A stretch of 60,201 nucleotides of DNA, counting the filler, from Sphacelaria rigidula (lineage: Eukaryota), in assembly GCA_964200075.2 (NCBI GenBank). It is 9 parts of 9 records of this genome, joined end to end, with 100 filler letters (N's around TTAATTAATTAA, not from the genome) between each part and the next. Parts side by side here need not be neighbours in the genome. Positions count along the whole stretch, not along the records: positions 46,904 to 53,502 come from CAXNAA020019135.1; positions 53,603 to 60,201 come from CAXNAA020019136.1; 7 more parts are not named here. One strand, written 5' to 3'. Position numbers and translations under genes: made by a program. Of this stretch, positions 49,820-60,201 are shown one piece after another (the first letter of the stretch is position 1; the number at the start of each line of letters is the position of its first letter). The notes below the pieces were generated by a model that saw only the letters and a list, made by a program, of their open reading frames with translations, was not told the origin of the DNA and searched no databases.

Positions 49820-52710
49820 ATGGCGGCTCGTGTACTACCGCGAGTAACTAGACCCACTAACTTTTACATTAATCGACCTCGAGTACACTTCACATACTAC
49901 CGGCACGCTTCGCAACCTGGAGCGCCGCAATGTCTCTGGCTACAGAAGCAAGCTGCTGAAGGTCGTCGACCATATGTGTCTACTCCACGTGAGAGGTGCG
50001 AGATCGTGTGCACGTCCGTAACTCATAGTAAGAGCAGAGAGGAAGCAAGATAAGAGAGGGGAGGGGGGGGTTGTTGCGTTCGAACTCTGGTCTTCGTCTC
50101 TGATCGAACGCCTAGGCTCCGACTGTCGAGGGATATGATATGATTATGATTTGACCAGGCGGTTACAGAATCCGACGGTTACGCCGACAACCTACGAGTA
50201 TAAAAGATACTCCTAACCTGCCAATGTGGATACTGTAACGGTCGACTGGCTCCCTGGTCACCCACTGTTGGCTGAGTCTGTGCTGGAGGAAATCGTGCCA
50301 CGATCCACCGCGGTGAAGATAAATCCATGTCCTAGGCGAGAGCCTGCAGTTTTTGTAGCTTACGTGACACCTGTTGCGCTTGTGAGCAACACCGCACTAC
50401 CACAGGAGAAGGCGCAACAGCGGCAGCGAGCGGAGGAATGTGGAAGCACCTGAACCCCGCGTTCTACGTTCACCAAAAGATGGCGACGAGTATCGTTGGA
50501 TGCAAGATATCAACAGCGATGAAGTCGTGCAACATTTGGAGGTTCGTTACTAGTTATACTGTATGCACGAGGATAGGATTCATCGCAAGTACACCGGACC
50601 GTCTTCGGCACTGGCATCCGCCAAACTGGCAGGCACGTACCTCTGAGGAGTTATGTGCCGACTGCAAAAACTGTCATGTACAAAGAGACAACTACAAATA
50701 TTTTGGGACAGTCTGTGTGTGGGCGATGAACGCGAAAATCTTTGTCGACGAAAAACAAATAATCAGAAATACAGTAAATGTCGCCATCTATCTAGAAGTC
50801 GACGGGGAGTTCTCCATATGATTCGGTGCGGGAGGTGCGATCTGCAGAACAGGTCAACCTCTGCGGAACAAAACGATGATCACCCAATACCCTCAGCCTT
50901 CGTTCGGCATCCACCATGTTGCACTCTCATGTACATAGCCTTGATGATACAGAAAAAAACAGCAGCATGTGCTCGACTCGCAAAAACTTGGGAAACCCAT
51001 GCGTCAAGTTCTTCCTGCACATCAAACGAATGCCCACTCCCATCTTACAGGCTTTCCCTTGCGGGGCTGAGACTGCAAGCAAACCCGGACGTTTTCTTCC
51101 CACGCATACTGGAAACCCGACGCCGGACTTCGTGTAAGTCAGGCAGTTGCCATTTCTGAATAATGACAAATGGCTTTTTGCCGATCTACGAACACGAATG
51201 TTAGCTTGGTGCTGTCAACGGATATCGAAAATACACTTGAAGCATGCGACCGTACCAATTGGATGCGCAAGACAATTTTCATTGCCTGTTTCGTTCATAC
51301 ACAAGCGTACGTTGCCCCTTCGAAATACGCAATGAAAGAACAGCGTGTTTAGGATATTTATTCAGCTGGATACGTTTCGAAAAGAGTGTTTCCTCTCCCC
51401 TATCCCCCTTCCGCCCGCTCGCATTCTTAGAACGAAAATCGATTCGCTGATTTCGTTTTGAGGCCATTATATCGCCGAGCCACCGAGCTGCACGAACGCA
51501 TGATGGACCGCCAGCCGGAGGCAGAAGGAGGAGACAGACGCAGCGTGCCAGAGAGACTGGGTCCCTACCTATACTACACCAGGAGAGACGACGGGAAGGA
51601 CTTTCCGCTGTACGTCAGAAGGCCCGCGGAGGGAGGAACACTTCGTGACGAGCAAGTGGTGCGTCCGTTGGAGTTCAGTCGTTTTACCTTTTCGGCGATA
51701 CTGTGGTGCAGATTTGAATAATTGAAGTAACACCCATTGCTTGAATATATGGAGAGAACCATCAAAATCGCGTATGATACACGGGCGGATAATGAAATTT
51801 GTTGAGCGTTGACGGGCTGCGGAAGGGTTGATCCGATGCCCGGTAATCAAGTGCACGGCAGGCACTGGTGGACAGATGGGTTGAATCCCTCAGACCGTGG
51901 GTTCGTCCTACTACGCAAACGAGGAGGTTCAAATCACGACAACCCCCCCCCCCGTACCCATTCCCGCAAACAACAGCCTGCAATTGCAGGCCATACCCGA
52001 TTTTCCACCGGGGTATACTGTTCGCATCCAATATGCAGTAGCACTCAGCAACGTCGTCACCGTGACAGTATTATATTGATGACTCAAATATAGTGGCACC
52101 ATCGCAATTTAGAAGGCGTTCTGCTGCGATCACAACACCAAAACAGCGCACCTGAACTCAAGGCGAAGCGAAGCAATGCAATACAATGCAATGCAAGTGC
52201 TGGTTCTACAGTTTGAAACGCGACAGGGGAGTAAAAGAGAAGAGATAGTGGGAGCGGGATCTCCTGCTTCTCCCTATCACTATTGCAGCGACGGTGTCGT
52301 GGTGCTGACTATTCCCACTATTTATGCAAAGCTCGCTAGCGTATTGCTTGTTCTTCCGCATGTGACTACTTCGATTATCCCGCTCACAAAACGCGATGAA
52401 CTATTCCTCATGGAAATTTCGTGCAGATATTGGACCTTAGTGACGTCGAGCTCCACGGACTCATGGGTGCGGACGCCGGAGACGACATTGTTGAGTCGTC
52501 GTTGCATAAGAATAGTGGTGAAGGGCAGCAACAGAGAATACCCCCCCGGATGGGCTCCATGAAACTCTCGTCAGACCAGAGACTCGTGGCATGCACCATG
52601 GACATCGAGGGAACCGACCGCTTCACCCTGGCGATTTTTTATGTGGGAGATGGGGAGGTACTAGAAGAACGGGCGCCACTTGTACCTGTGCTGAGAGACG
52701 ACAGCAGGAT
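49820..52710 (+). CDS. ptrB: Oligopeptidase B-like serine peptidase (S9A), first four exons, putative mitochondrial presequence, 3'-partial
   Basis: Exons 49820-49995, 50406-50541, 51431-51658 and 52427-~52710 join in phases 2, 0, 0. Motifs GDEYRWMQDINSDEVVQHLE|NENRFAD, SVPERLGPYLYYTRRDDGKDFPLYVRR, EQV|ILD and KLSSDQRLVACTMDIEGTDRFTL match the Peptidase_S9_N region. The N-terminus MAARVLPRVTRP is Arg-rich and lacks acidic residues. Confidence 0.88.
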
Positions 52711-53854
52711 GTGAGCATGCATTCATGTGGTAATGACGTAGACTTGGGCTATTTTTTCTGTAGCCCACCTCCGCTTTCCTGTTGCGGAGGCTACATGTTT
52801 GTCGATCGTTCCCTGCATCCGAGGTCGATCTGCTTCGTGGTACATGCTTGGCGTGTGGGCAGTGTTGTATTTCCGTGGAAATCTGCAACCACTATACAGG
52901 CTGGTTCACGCTGATCACCCAAAAACACTCATCGGCAACCGCACGCCGTTTCAAGGAGTTCGATCCTGAAATTTTGCACGCATGTTCTATGGGACATCGC
53001 GCAACTTTCGAAGGTCGAGGTTTTTCGACTTTTTTGCTTCTTCACCGTTTTTCCCGGGTCCCAGTTTTCCCCAGGAAACATCGATCCAATCGGACCCCCG
53101 TGAAACGGTAAAGAAAAAAACTTGAAAAAAATACCTCGTTCATCCAAAGGTTGCGTGATGACCCAAAGCACAGTTGTACAAAATTTCAGGGTCTAACTCC
53201 TTCAAACGGCGTGAGGTTTTTCGCTTTTGTGCGATCAACTTTGCTGTGCCGCGGTGAAACCGCAAACTACTTGATTTTAGTATCAAAACGGCGTCTTAGG
53301 GCCTTCTTTGACGTGAACATGGAAATTCAAGCATCAGTTGATCGAGTTTTGCGACGAAAACTTGTGGAGCCCGTCCTTGGGTTATGCGGAGGCAGATAGT
53401 TTGCGAAAACATTAAAAAAAAATCGTAGTGCCGTTTTTCTGGGGTCCCAGAATGGAGACAACTTCGAAAAACGACTTCGATCCCGTCGGACAAAAGAAAA
53501 ACNNNNNNNNNNNNNNNNNNNNNNNNNNNNNNNNNNNNNNNNNNNNTTAATTAATTAANNNNNNNNNNNNNNNNNNNNNNNNNNNNNNNNNNNNNNNNNN
53601 NNCGTCTAGAATCGTCAGGAGCCCCTGAACCGGACAAAATTTCGCGAAAAAAGTGCACCCCTACCGTAGCATTGCTCACATCACGAACACCTTGAAATAA
53701 AATACCCTGGGCCACGCGAAAGCAGGGGTGTGATCGGGCTGAGATTCTCAAAGGTTGGCCTCACGGTTCATACAGACAGAGCCGGAACTGATTTTGGGCG
53801 ATGGGAGAAATGAAAAAATTATGACAGAATACAAATGAGTAAGCATTTGTAATG

Positions 53855-54051
53855 CATGAGAGGACCGCGTGCTTAAAGGACCGCATCGTAGTTCAAAACA
53901 CCTCAGGATCGACATTTTTCAGAACCAATCGGGCCGGTCTCTGCAGGGACCACGACCCTAACCCTAACCCCAACACTAACCCTAACCCTAAGCATGAGCA
54001 TAAGGGTGTTCAAAATCCGATGCGGTCCTCTAAGCACGCGATCCTCTCACG
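53855..54051. mobile_element. MITE (~200 bp) with long TIRs enclosing a (CCCTAA)n telomere-like tract
   Basis: 53857-53888 matches the reverse complement of 54018-54049 at 30/32. The tract ccctaaccctaaccccaacactaaccctaaccctaa lies at 53956-53991. Confidence 0.82.
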
Positions 54052-55119
54052 TATTACAGTCTTCACCCACGGTCAGCTCACCAGTAGGCATTGGATTGCA
54101 CGTAGGAGCAAGATATGTAACGATATCTCAAAGCCGTTTATAAGCTACGTGACCAAAATCAAAAGGCTGTGGCGAATAAAACCACACTGGGCGTGGCGGC
54201 TTTCACCCTGCCCCTCGAAATCTAAACCGCCCACATATCGTCTTTGGTTACTATCAACGGGAACAAGAAAAAAAAACAGAACAGAAACATTAAACTTCAT
54301 CTATTACAGCCCCTGACCAGACATCTAGGCTCCTTCACATATTATGCAGAATAACCCCAAATTCGGCAATGTGCCTCATCTAGTGTCATAAAGAGGGAGT
54401 CGCTAATGCACTGGCTGGGGTCTTTCAGTATGAGTGCCAGGAGATACCATGGTGCCAACCCACCAAGCTCCCACGTGGGCAACTTCATACAGACCTAGCT
54501 CTCCTTCCTGACTACCACAAAGTAGGTTCATTCATGTTCAGACTCTTGATAAGGAACTCACGTGTTTGCCTAGCATCATGTTTTATCTAGAAGCCTCTCT
54601 TACTCAGTACAGCCGCGGGGCAGCCATAGGAGCAGAGCATAGTGATGGCCCAGGGTAAAGACCAAGGCAAGCCGGTAACTGATCAAGATGAGGCGACGCG
54701 GCCTGCGGCCGCGGATGAGCAACCCTAACTAATGACAGTAGCAAACGCGAGAACAACGCGTCACGGAATCCACGGTCTACGAGCAGACCCGCACAGAGTA
54801 TATCTTGCAACGCCTCTGAGCTTCATCATACTAGTCCATTTCACAAGCTCTTGACCAGTAGTCTGGGCTCCTCGAACCTTCCCGACGTAGAACAGTATTC
54901 TGCGGAAAATCACACAATCACCATGTGCCCCATTCCAACGTGTTCTCCACAAAAAACAAAACTGCATAATCTTCAGATCTGACTAATGCTGAGATACCCC
55001 CCACAAAACGTGCACCGGAGATCGTCCGACAAACCGGCTGCGATCCCACTATTGGGCTCGCTTGCAGTAAGTTCGCCCACATGAGAGGCGAATAGCAGTC
55101 CGAAATCAGCTATAACGCC

Positions 55120-55367
55120 TGTGACGCCAGCCAGAGGAAGGACTGGTGGATCACTGCTGCTGAGGGACTCCCCAGTCTCACTGGCCTCGATTTCAGTTGT
55201 GAGCCTTTACAACATCTCATATTATCAGGAGTGCCGTTCCAAGGCAACCTCCTAGACACGCCAGGGAATCAACCTAGTGTCCTTGGTTAATATCCAGATC
55301 ATGACTACCAACGGTCATTATCCAGTCCATCACTGCCAACTCAATGTAACGGCATAATTTCGTCACA
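55120..55367 (-). repeat. 3' LTR of the Gypsy element
   Basis: Direct repeat of 59026-59245, with an extra ~28-bp internal tandem duplication. Confidence 0.9.
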
Positions 55368-58187
55368 GCACCCCCAAAGCGCGTTGGACGAAAATCAACC
55401 AACAAGCTTGACATATAGAAAACGCCAAAACGATGAGTTAGTCACAACTGAGCACCAAACTCACCCGTAATGCGAGCAGCAACGGCATGAGTCACGCGCA
55501 ATATATGCAACTCTTTCGTGAGAAATTCCGGAGCGGCCTCAAAAATATCCTTGAAAGGCTCCCACGTATGCTCCTCAACTTCAAAACCAACCCAGTCGAC
55601 CAACACGATCAACTTACAATCGTCTGCTTCTGCCACTCTGACAACACCAGCCATCTGAAACTGCCCATAATTGAAAGCATACTGGAACACGTCCGTAACG
55701 TCAGCCAAAACATTAAGTTGGGAGTCTGCATAAAAGCGCACGAGCTACATGGGCGGTCTGAACACGACCCGAAAAAATGTTCTGAATCTCAAACACGTGC
55801 GGGTGGTGAGCATCAACCATTTTCTATGGATCAGTCCACGTGCACGACCAAACATCACGTGGTACGGCGTACTATCATAACGACGTCGATACACTGTATG
55901 AGCGCCCATTGCACCGGCGGCAACACGCCCACCCACCCGGAAACCGCTCTACGCTGCTCGAGAAGAACATAGCGAAGAGAACGAACCACTCCCTTGACCA
56001 TGCGTTCGCACGTACCGTTAGACCACGGAGAATACGCCACCACAAACTGGTGATCAACGTGCAAAGCCTCTCGCAATCGGGACAAGATCGCATTCTTGAA
56101 ATGCGTGGCGGTATCACTCACCCACACACGAGGCACCCCCAAAGTTTTGCACCAATTCAGAAACGTTGGAGCGGTCGATTCAGCAGTACACACTGCTACT
56201 GGTTCCAGAACCACGAAGTTGCTCAGATCATCCATGATTACCAAAATTCATCGAAACCCAGCATCCTCCGACAAACCTTGGGAAGCCAGCGGGCCACTCT
56301 CGCCCATGTACAAGAAGTCAAAATGAACGACTTCATTCGGCGTGGTCCTATGGACCGTTTCGCCGAGCGGGCGGGGAACAACATCGCCCGCCCTCGAGTT
56401 AGCACAGTGAAGACACTGGCGGACAAATTCGCGCACATGAGTTTCTATCCCCTGCCAGACACAAAACTCTTGCAAGCGCAAGAGCGTCGCATCCACACCA
56501 CGATGCCCGGCGTCGCGTATGTGCGCGCAAATCATCAGACGTGCCTGCAACTGCTTGTCAGAGCTTGGAATCCACAGAACGTTTCGGTCACGCACATGCG
56601 CATGAAACAGACCTTCCTTGTTCAAGATAGCAGTACCAACGTCCGACTCGAAAGATTGCACATCCGCATCTTCGGCCCCAAGGTCTTTTCGTTGTGCTTG
56701 ACGGACAACAGATTCGGACGGAGTGGAATCATCAGGTTCACACGGACCATTTACAGCCATAGCGCGCACAGCCATTTCAATTTCAACCGTTGGCCTCTGC
56801 ATGACCAAACTACCTCAATGGCACTCAGATTCATTCGGAAACATGAACATCTGACAATCAGGACGAGGATGGAACAGCGTTACGGCATGAGCCACCAGAT
56901 CCGTCGCTGCCGCCCATGCCTGCAGCCTGCTCTCCGACCACGATGTAGCCTTCTTCGGAAACGCCGTTGTCTGGACTGGACCACCCCGCCTGCAAATTCC
57001 GTAACACCAACCCGAGCGCCGTCATGCACAACGCCAACCAACTCGGCTTCAATGGATCGTATCGCCGCGGCTTCGTCTTCGTCGCAGACGCCCTAGGGTT
57101 TAGCTGAACACGCATGGGCTCCACGCGCGCAGGGGGATCACTCCGTAGAGCACGACGAAACGCGTTGACGCGGCAATGCACTATGGTGCGCAGGCGCTCC
57201 GCTTTTGTGACGCTGAGGGTTTTCGCCACAGCATCCGCCACGCTCTCCTCCAGCGCGACCTTCCGAGCGGACTCCTCTTCCGCCGGATCAATAAATATCT
57301 CCGGGCCACGCTCTACCAAGCGTTCCACCGCCGCATCCCGCTCCTCGGTCACCTGCCCCCCAGCATCCTGAAAAGCATCCACCGACAAGCTCACGCGATG
57401 ACCGCCCAAAACGATGGGCGTCTCCAATCGTGGACCAGGCGGAGACATTCACGTCTTCATGGAGTCCCACAACCGCCGAGCGTCGACTCCAATATCCTGA
57501 AGCATCGGCAACCCCAGAAGAATAACGCCATCCGAGCCGGGCATGATCGCAAACGAGATCGGAGGTAACTGCGTCGGCCCCCAGGAAGTCGTGATTGTCA
57601 GCTGCAGTGGAGCAGTACGCTCCGTGACGTGAACATGCTGACCCGAAGCGGTGACGGCCTGCCGCGCCCCGAGCGAAAATGGCTTGCGCAGCGGCACACC
57701 CGGGAGAAGACGCTCCAACATCTCTACAGTCTGTACCGAGAGACTCATATGACCCACCAAGTGGGCGCCAGAGTCCCACTTAGCCTCAACCGCAATGGCT
57801 CCACGCTCCCGTTGATTTGGAAGGCACCGCAGGGATGGACGTGTTTGTGCGCAGACTCCACGGGCACTTTATTCGCCGACCGATGCGCCGCTAATTCCAC
57901 TTGACGCCACGGCTGCGCAAGCTGTGCAGGCGAAGACGCCCCAGCAGGTTGAAACGGCACTGCCGGCGGGTACGACCACCAGCCAGAAGACCAAAACTTT
58001 GGCGAACCTCCGACCAGCGCATCAGCAGGCGTCGCGCCTGGCGCTGCTGCCGGTGTCGCCACCGGCGCCACCATCAGCGCCTGCGCAGTGTTCGACCTTG
58101 TAGAAGTCGGTCCCACCTGCACCGCCCGTTGCAGAGCAGCAGCACCTACAGCGGCGCCGGACCCAGAATCAGACCCATGCTGACGCC

Positions 58188-58227
<40 letters not shown>

Positions 58228-59025
58228 AGAACTCGACTGCGACCCTCCACCGCCGGAGGATCCGCCGCCGCCACCCCGATTATGTCGTAATTTGCCCTTG
58301 TGCTGACGATGCTCATGGCGCGCGGCATGAGACGGTCCAGACTCTCCACCGGAAGACGTTGGGCAATCGCGCGCGTAATGGCCGACCTGGCCACAACAGT
58401 AGCAAGTGCCCGCTGCATGCCCAGCATGTTTTTTATCGCCGCAACCAATTGTGGCGGGGTGATTGTGCTCTTTTTATGCTCCAAACGAGCAAACACTCTC
58501 TGCACATGAGTTGGCACTTGTTGAGCCATTGGCACCACCTGATGCCGCACAGTACCCCCTGCATTAACGTGCTCCACACGCTTCTTGTACTCAAAGTACT
58601 TCGTAATAAAAGTGCGAGACGCTCTCTCTGAGTACATATCCCCGTATTGGGGAGGTCGCAACTCTTCCCGCATGACCACGGGTGTCACGCTGCACGTACA
58701 ACGTGAGCCAGTAGCCATACTGTAGTCGGCTACCTGCGAACCTTTTGCAGGCCAGCGAACCTTCGCGAATTGCTCTCTTCCTTGCTTCGTCGCCGCACCA
58801 CACAGTTGTGGGAGCCACCAAACTCCCACTGCACGCAGCTTCAGCAAGTCTCCAGTCTGGATCAACCACAGGTCAGTCGCCTTTCTGCAACTATATCAGC
58901 TTGAACCCCCTTCTCGCCCGTGATGCTTCACGTTGTCCCCAGCAGCCAGACTCTCCGGCGAAATCCTTTCAGCATGTTTTGCTAGGTACTATTTCTAGCA
59001 CTTACACTAGCACTAATATCGAAAT

Positions 59026-59245
59026 TGTGACGCCAGCCAGAGGAAGGACTGATGGATCACTGCTATTGAGGGACTCCTCAGTCTCACTGGCCTCAGCTTC
59101 AGTTTTCAGCCTTTACAACATCTCATAGTATCAGGAGTGTCGTTCCAAGGCACCCTCCTAGACACGCCAGGGAATCGACCTAGGGCCCCCGGTCATTATC
59201 CAGATCGTAACTACCAACTCAACGTAACAGCGTAATTTCGTCACA
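59026..59245 (-). repeat. 5' LTR of the Gypsy element
   Basis: Direct repeat of 55120-55367 with TG...CA termini. Confidence 0.9.
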
Positions 59246-60201
59246 CGCACAAATGAGCCGCGCCGTGCAGCACAAAACCAGCTTTAACGGAATTTATGAT
59301 CATCGCCTCCGTGCACCTTTTGGGTCGGTTCGGGAGGGGGCTATCTCGGCAGCAGTCATCTCAACATCCAACTATTCAAACTAAACTCTTCCCGTGCGCA
59401 AACAGATTAACCAATATGCACTCAATTGGCCCGTGATGAGTTTATAGTGGTCAAGGATGTGGTATCCACATGAGTGCCATTGGGGAACATCGCTCGGAAT
59501 GAAACATGTAGAGTAGTATTCAGGGGTATCGTAGTACATCTTTCCCTGTTCAAAATCGAAATTTCCTTGCTTGAACGCTTTATACCCGTTACAATGAACA
59601 ACTGCTTTCCGAGAAAACCATCCGTTATTTCAGGACTTTCCCTGGTGTCTAATCCTAACGCTGAGGTTGTCACAAATCCTATCTGAGGGGGAGGATGTCA
59701 GCGCTTTCCGTCGCTGGATCAGACCCCGTTTGGGACCGTCAGGAGGGATATTCAAACTACAGCTGATGCGGGTTCTAAATTGAAAGAAACCGCTCGAATT
59801 TTGCAAGCGCGTTGCACTACAGTAGTATTGTTCAACAGCCCCACCGCGAAACCGGTTCTCAACACAGCCACGGCGGAGGTGGCCATACAAGGCGTGATAG
59901 CTGGTTCAGACTGGATGAAGCGCCTCGCATGGGCACTACTGGCGAAACAACCCCAAGCGTGGGACTAACCCTCACCCCCGTTGTGAGTGTCTGCAGCTTT
60001 ATTGTGGGTCATCCATTTTATCCAACTGACGACTGTACTGTAGTGATGCTGTACTCTGGTGATGGTATATCTCAGCAGACTGCTGAATGATGCTGCGTTT
60101 CAAAGATCGCTGGCGTCTGTCCCCGCATTGGATCATTTCGCTGACGGCAGTCGTAGCCGGCGCAACAGTATGAAGTCTCTCTCAGATACTCAACAAGAGG
60201 C

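Larger units (their letters stand above)
55120..59245 (-). mobile_element. Ty3/Gypsy chromodomain LTR retrotransposon with both LTRs, RT/RNase H largely deleted
   Basis: LTRs 55120-55367 and 59026-59245 (TGTGACG...CGTCACA), with a G-rich PPT-like tract next to the 3' LTR. gag ~58300-58700; protease WDSGA ~57770; RT start DPPARVEPMRVQL; integrase AHIRDAGHRG...CLHC, VHFDFL, WVSDTATHFKN, PWSNGTCERM; chromodomain LVDWVGFEVEEHTWEP. Confidence 0.93.

Noticed and set aside
51051..51133. Candidate extra exon in the oligopeptidase gene (cag|...|gtaagt)
   Set aside because: 83 bp breaks the phase, and the flanking exons already join into the conserved HLE-NEN motif.
6602..53602. TTAATTAATTAA recurring every ~6.7 kb like a regular repeat system
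   Set aside because: Always embedded in N runs of fixed length; an artificial contig spacer.
55840..57096. Longest ORF in the track (418 aa, + strand)
   Set aside because: Antisense shadow of the Gypsy integrase region; no recognisable motifs.

Overview
This is not one continuous locus. It is nine unrelated contigs of 6599-6601 bp, in descending length order, joined by artificial 100-bp linkers (N44-TTAATTAATTAA-N44), so adjacency across a linker means nothing. The DNA is eukaryotic and rich in introns and transposons. Short GT-AG exons in kb-scale introns, a signal peptide with an A-F-x-P plastid-targeting motif, and the Copia/Gypsy/LINE repertoire point to a stramenopile, most likely a brown alga (inference). 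Six partial host genes were spliced by hand, with intron phases consistent wherever more than one exon was found: the coatomer alpha (COPA) 3' end, a divergent Ycf45/SpoIIIAA-like ATPase, one legume-lectin-like exon, a protein with two tandem bacterial-type SH3-like domains, a plastid-targeted acidic protein, and (head-to-head with it) a probably mitochondrial oligopeptidase B (S9A). The rest is mostly decayed mobile DNA: RTE-like and other LINEs, a deleted Copia, a two-LTR chromodomain Gypsy, tRNA-derived SINEs, several MITE families (one carrying CCCTAA telomeric repeats), a ~188-bp satellite, and a Cys/His-rich transposon-like remnant. I see no CRISPR array, rRNA or intact tRNA, and no strong evidence for a complete new multi-gene system. 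The best leads are listed in findings. All family assignments come from motif recognition by eye; no searches were run.
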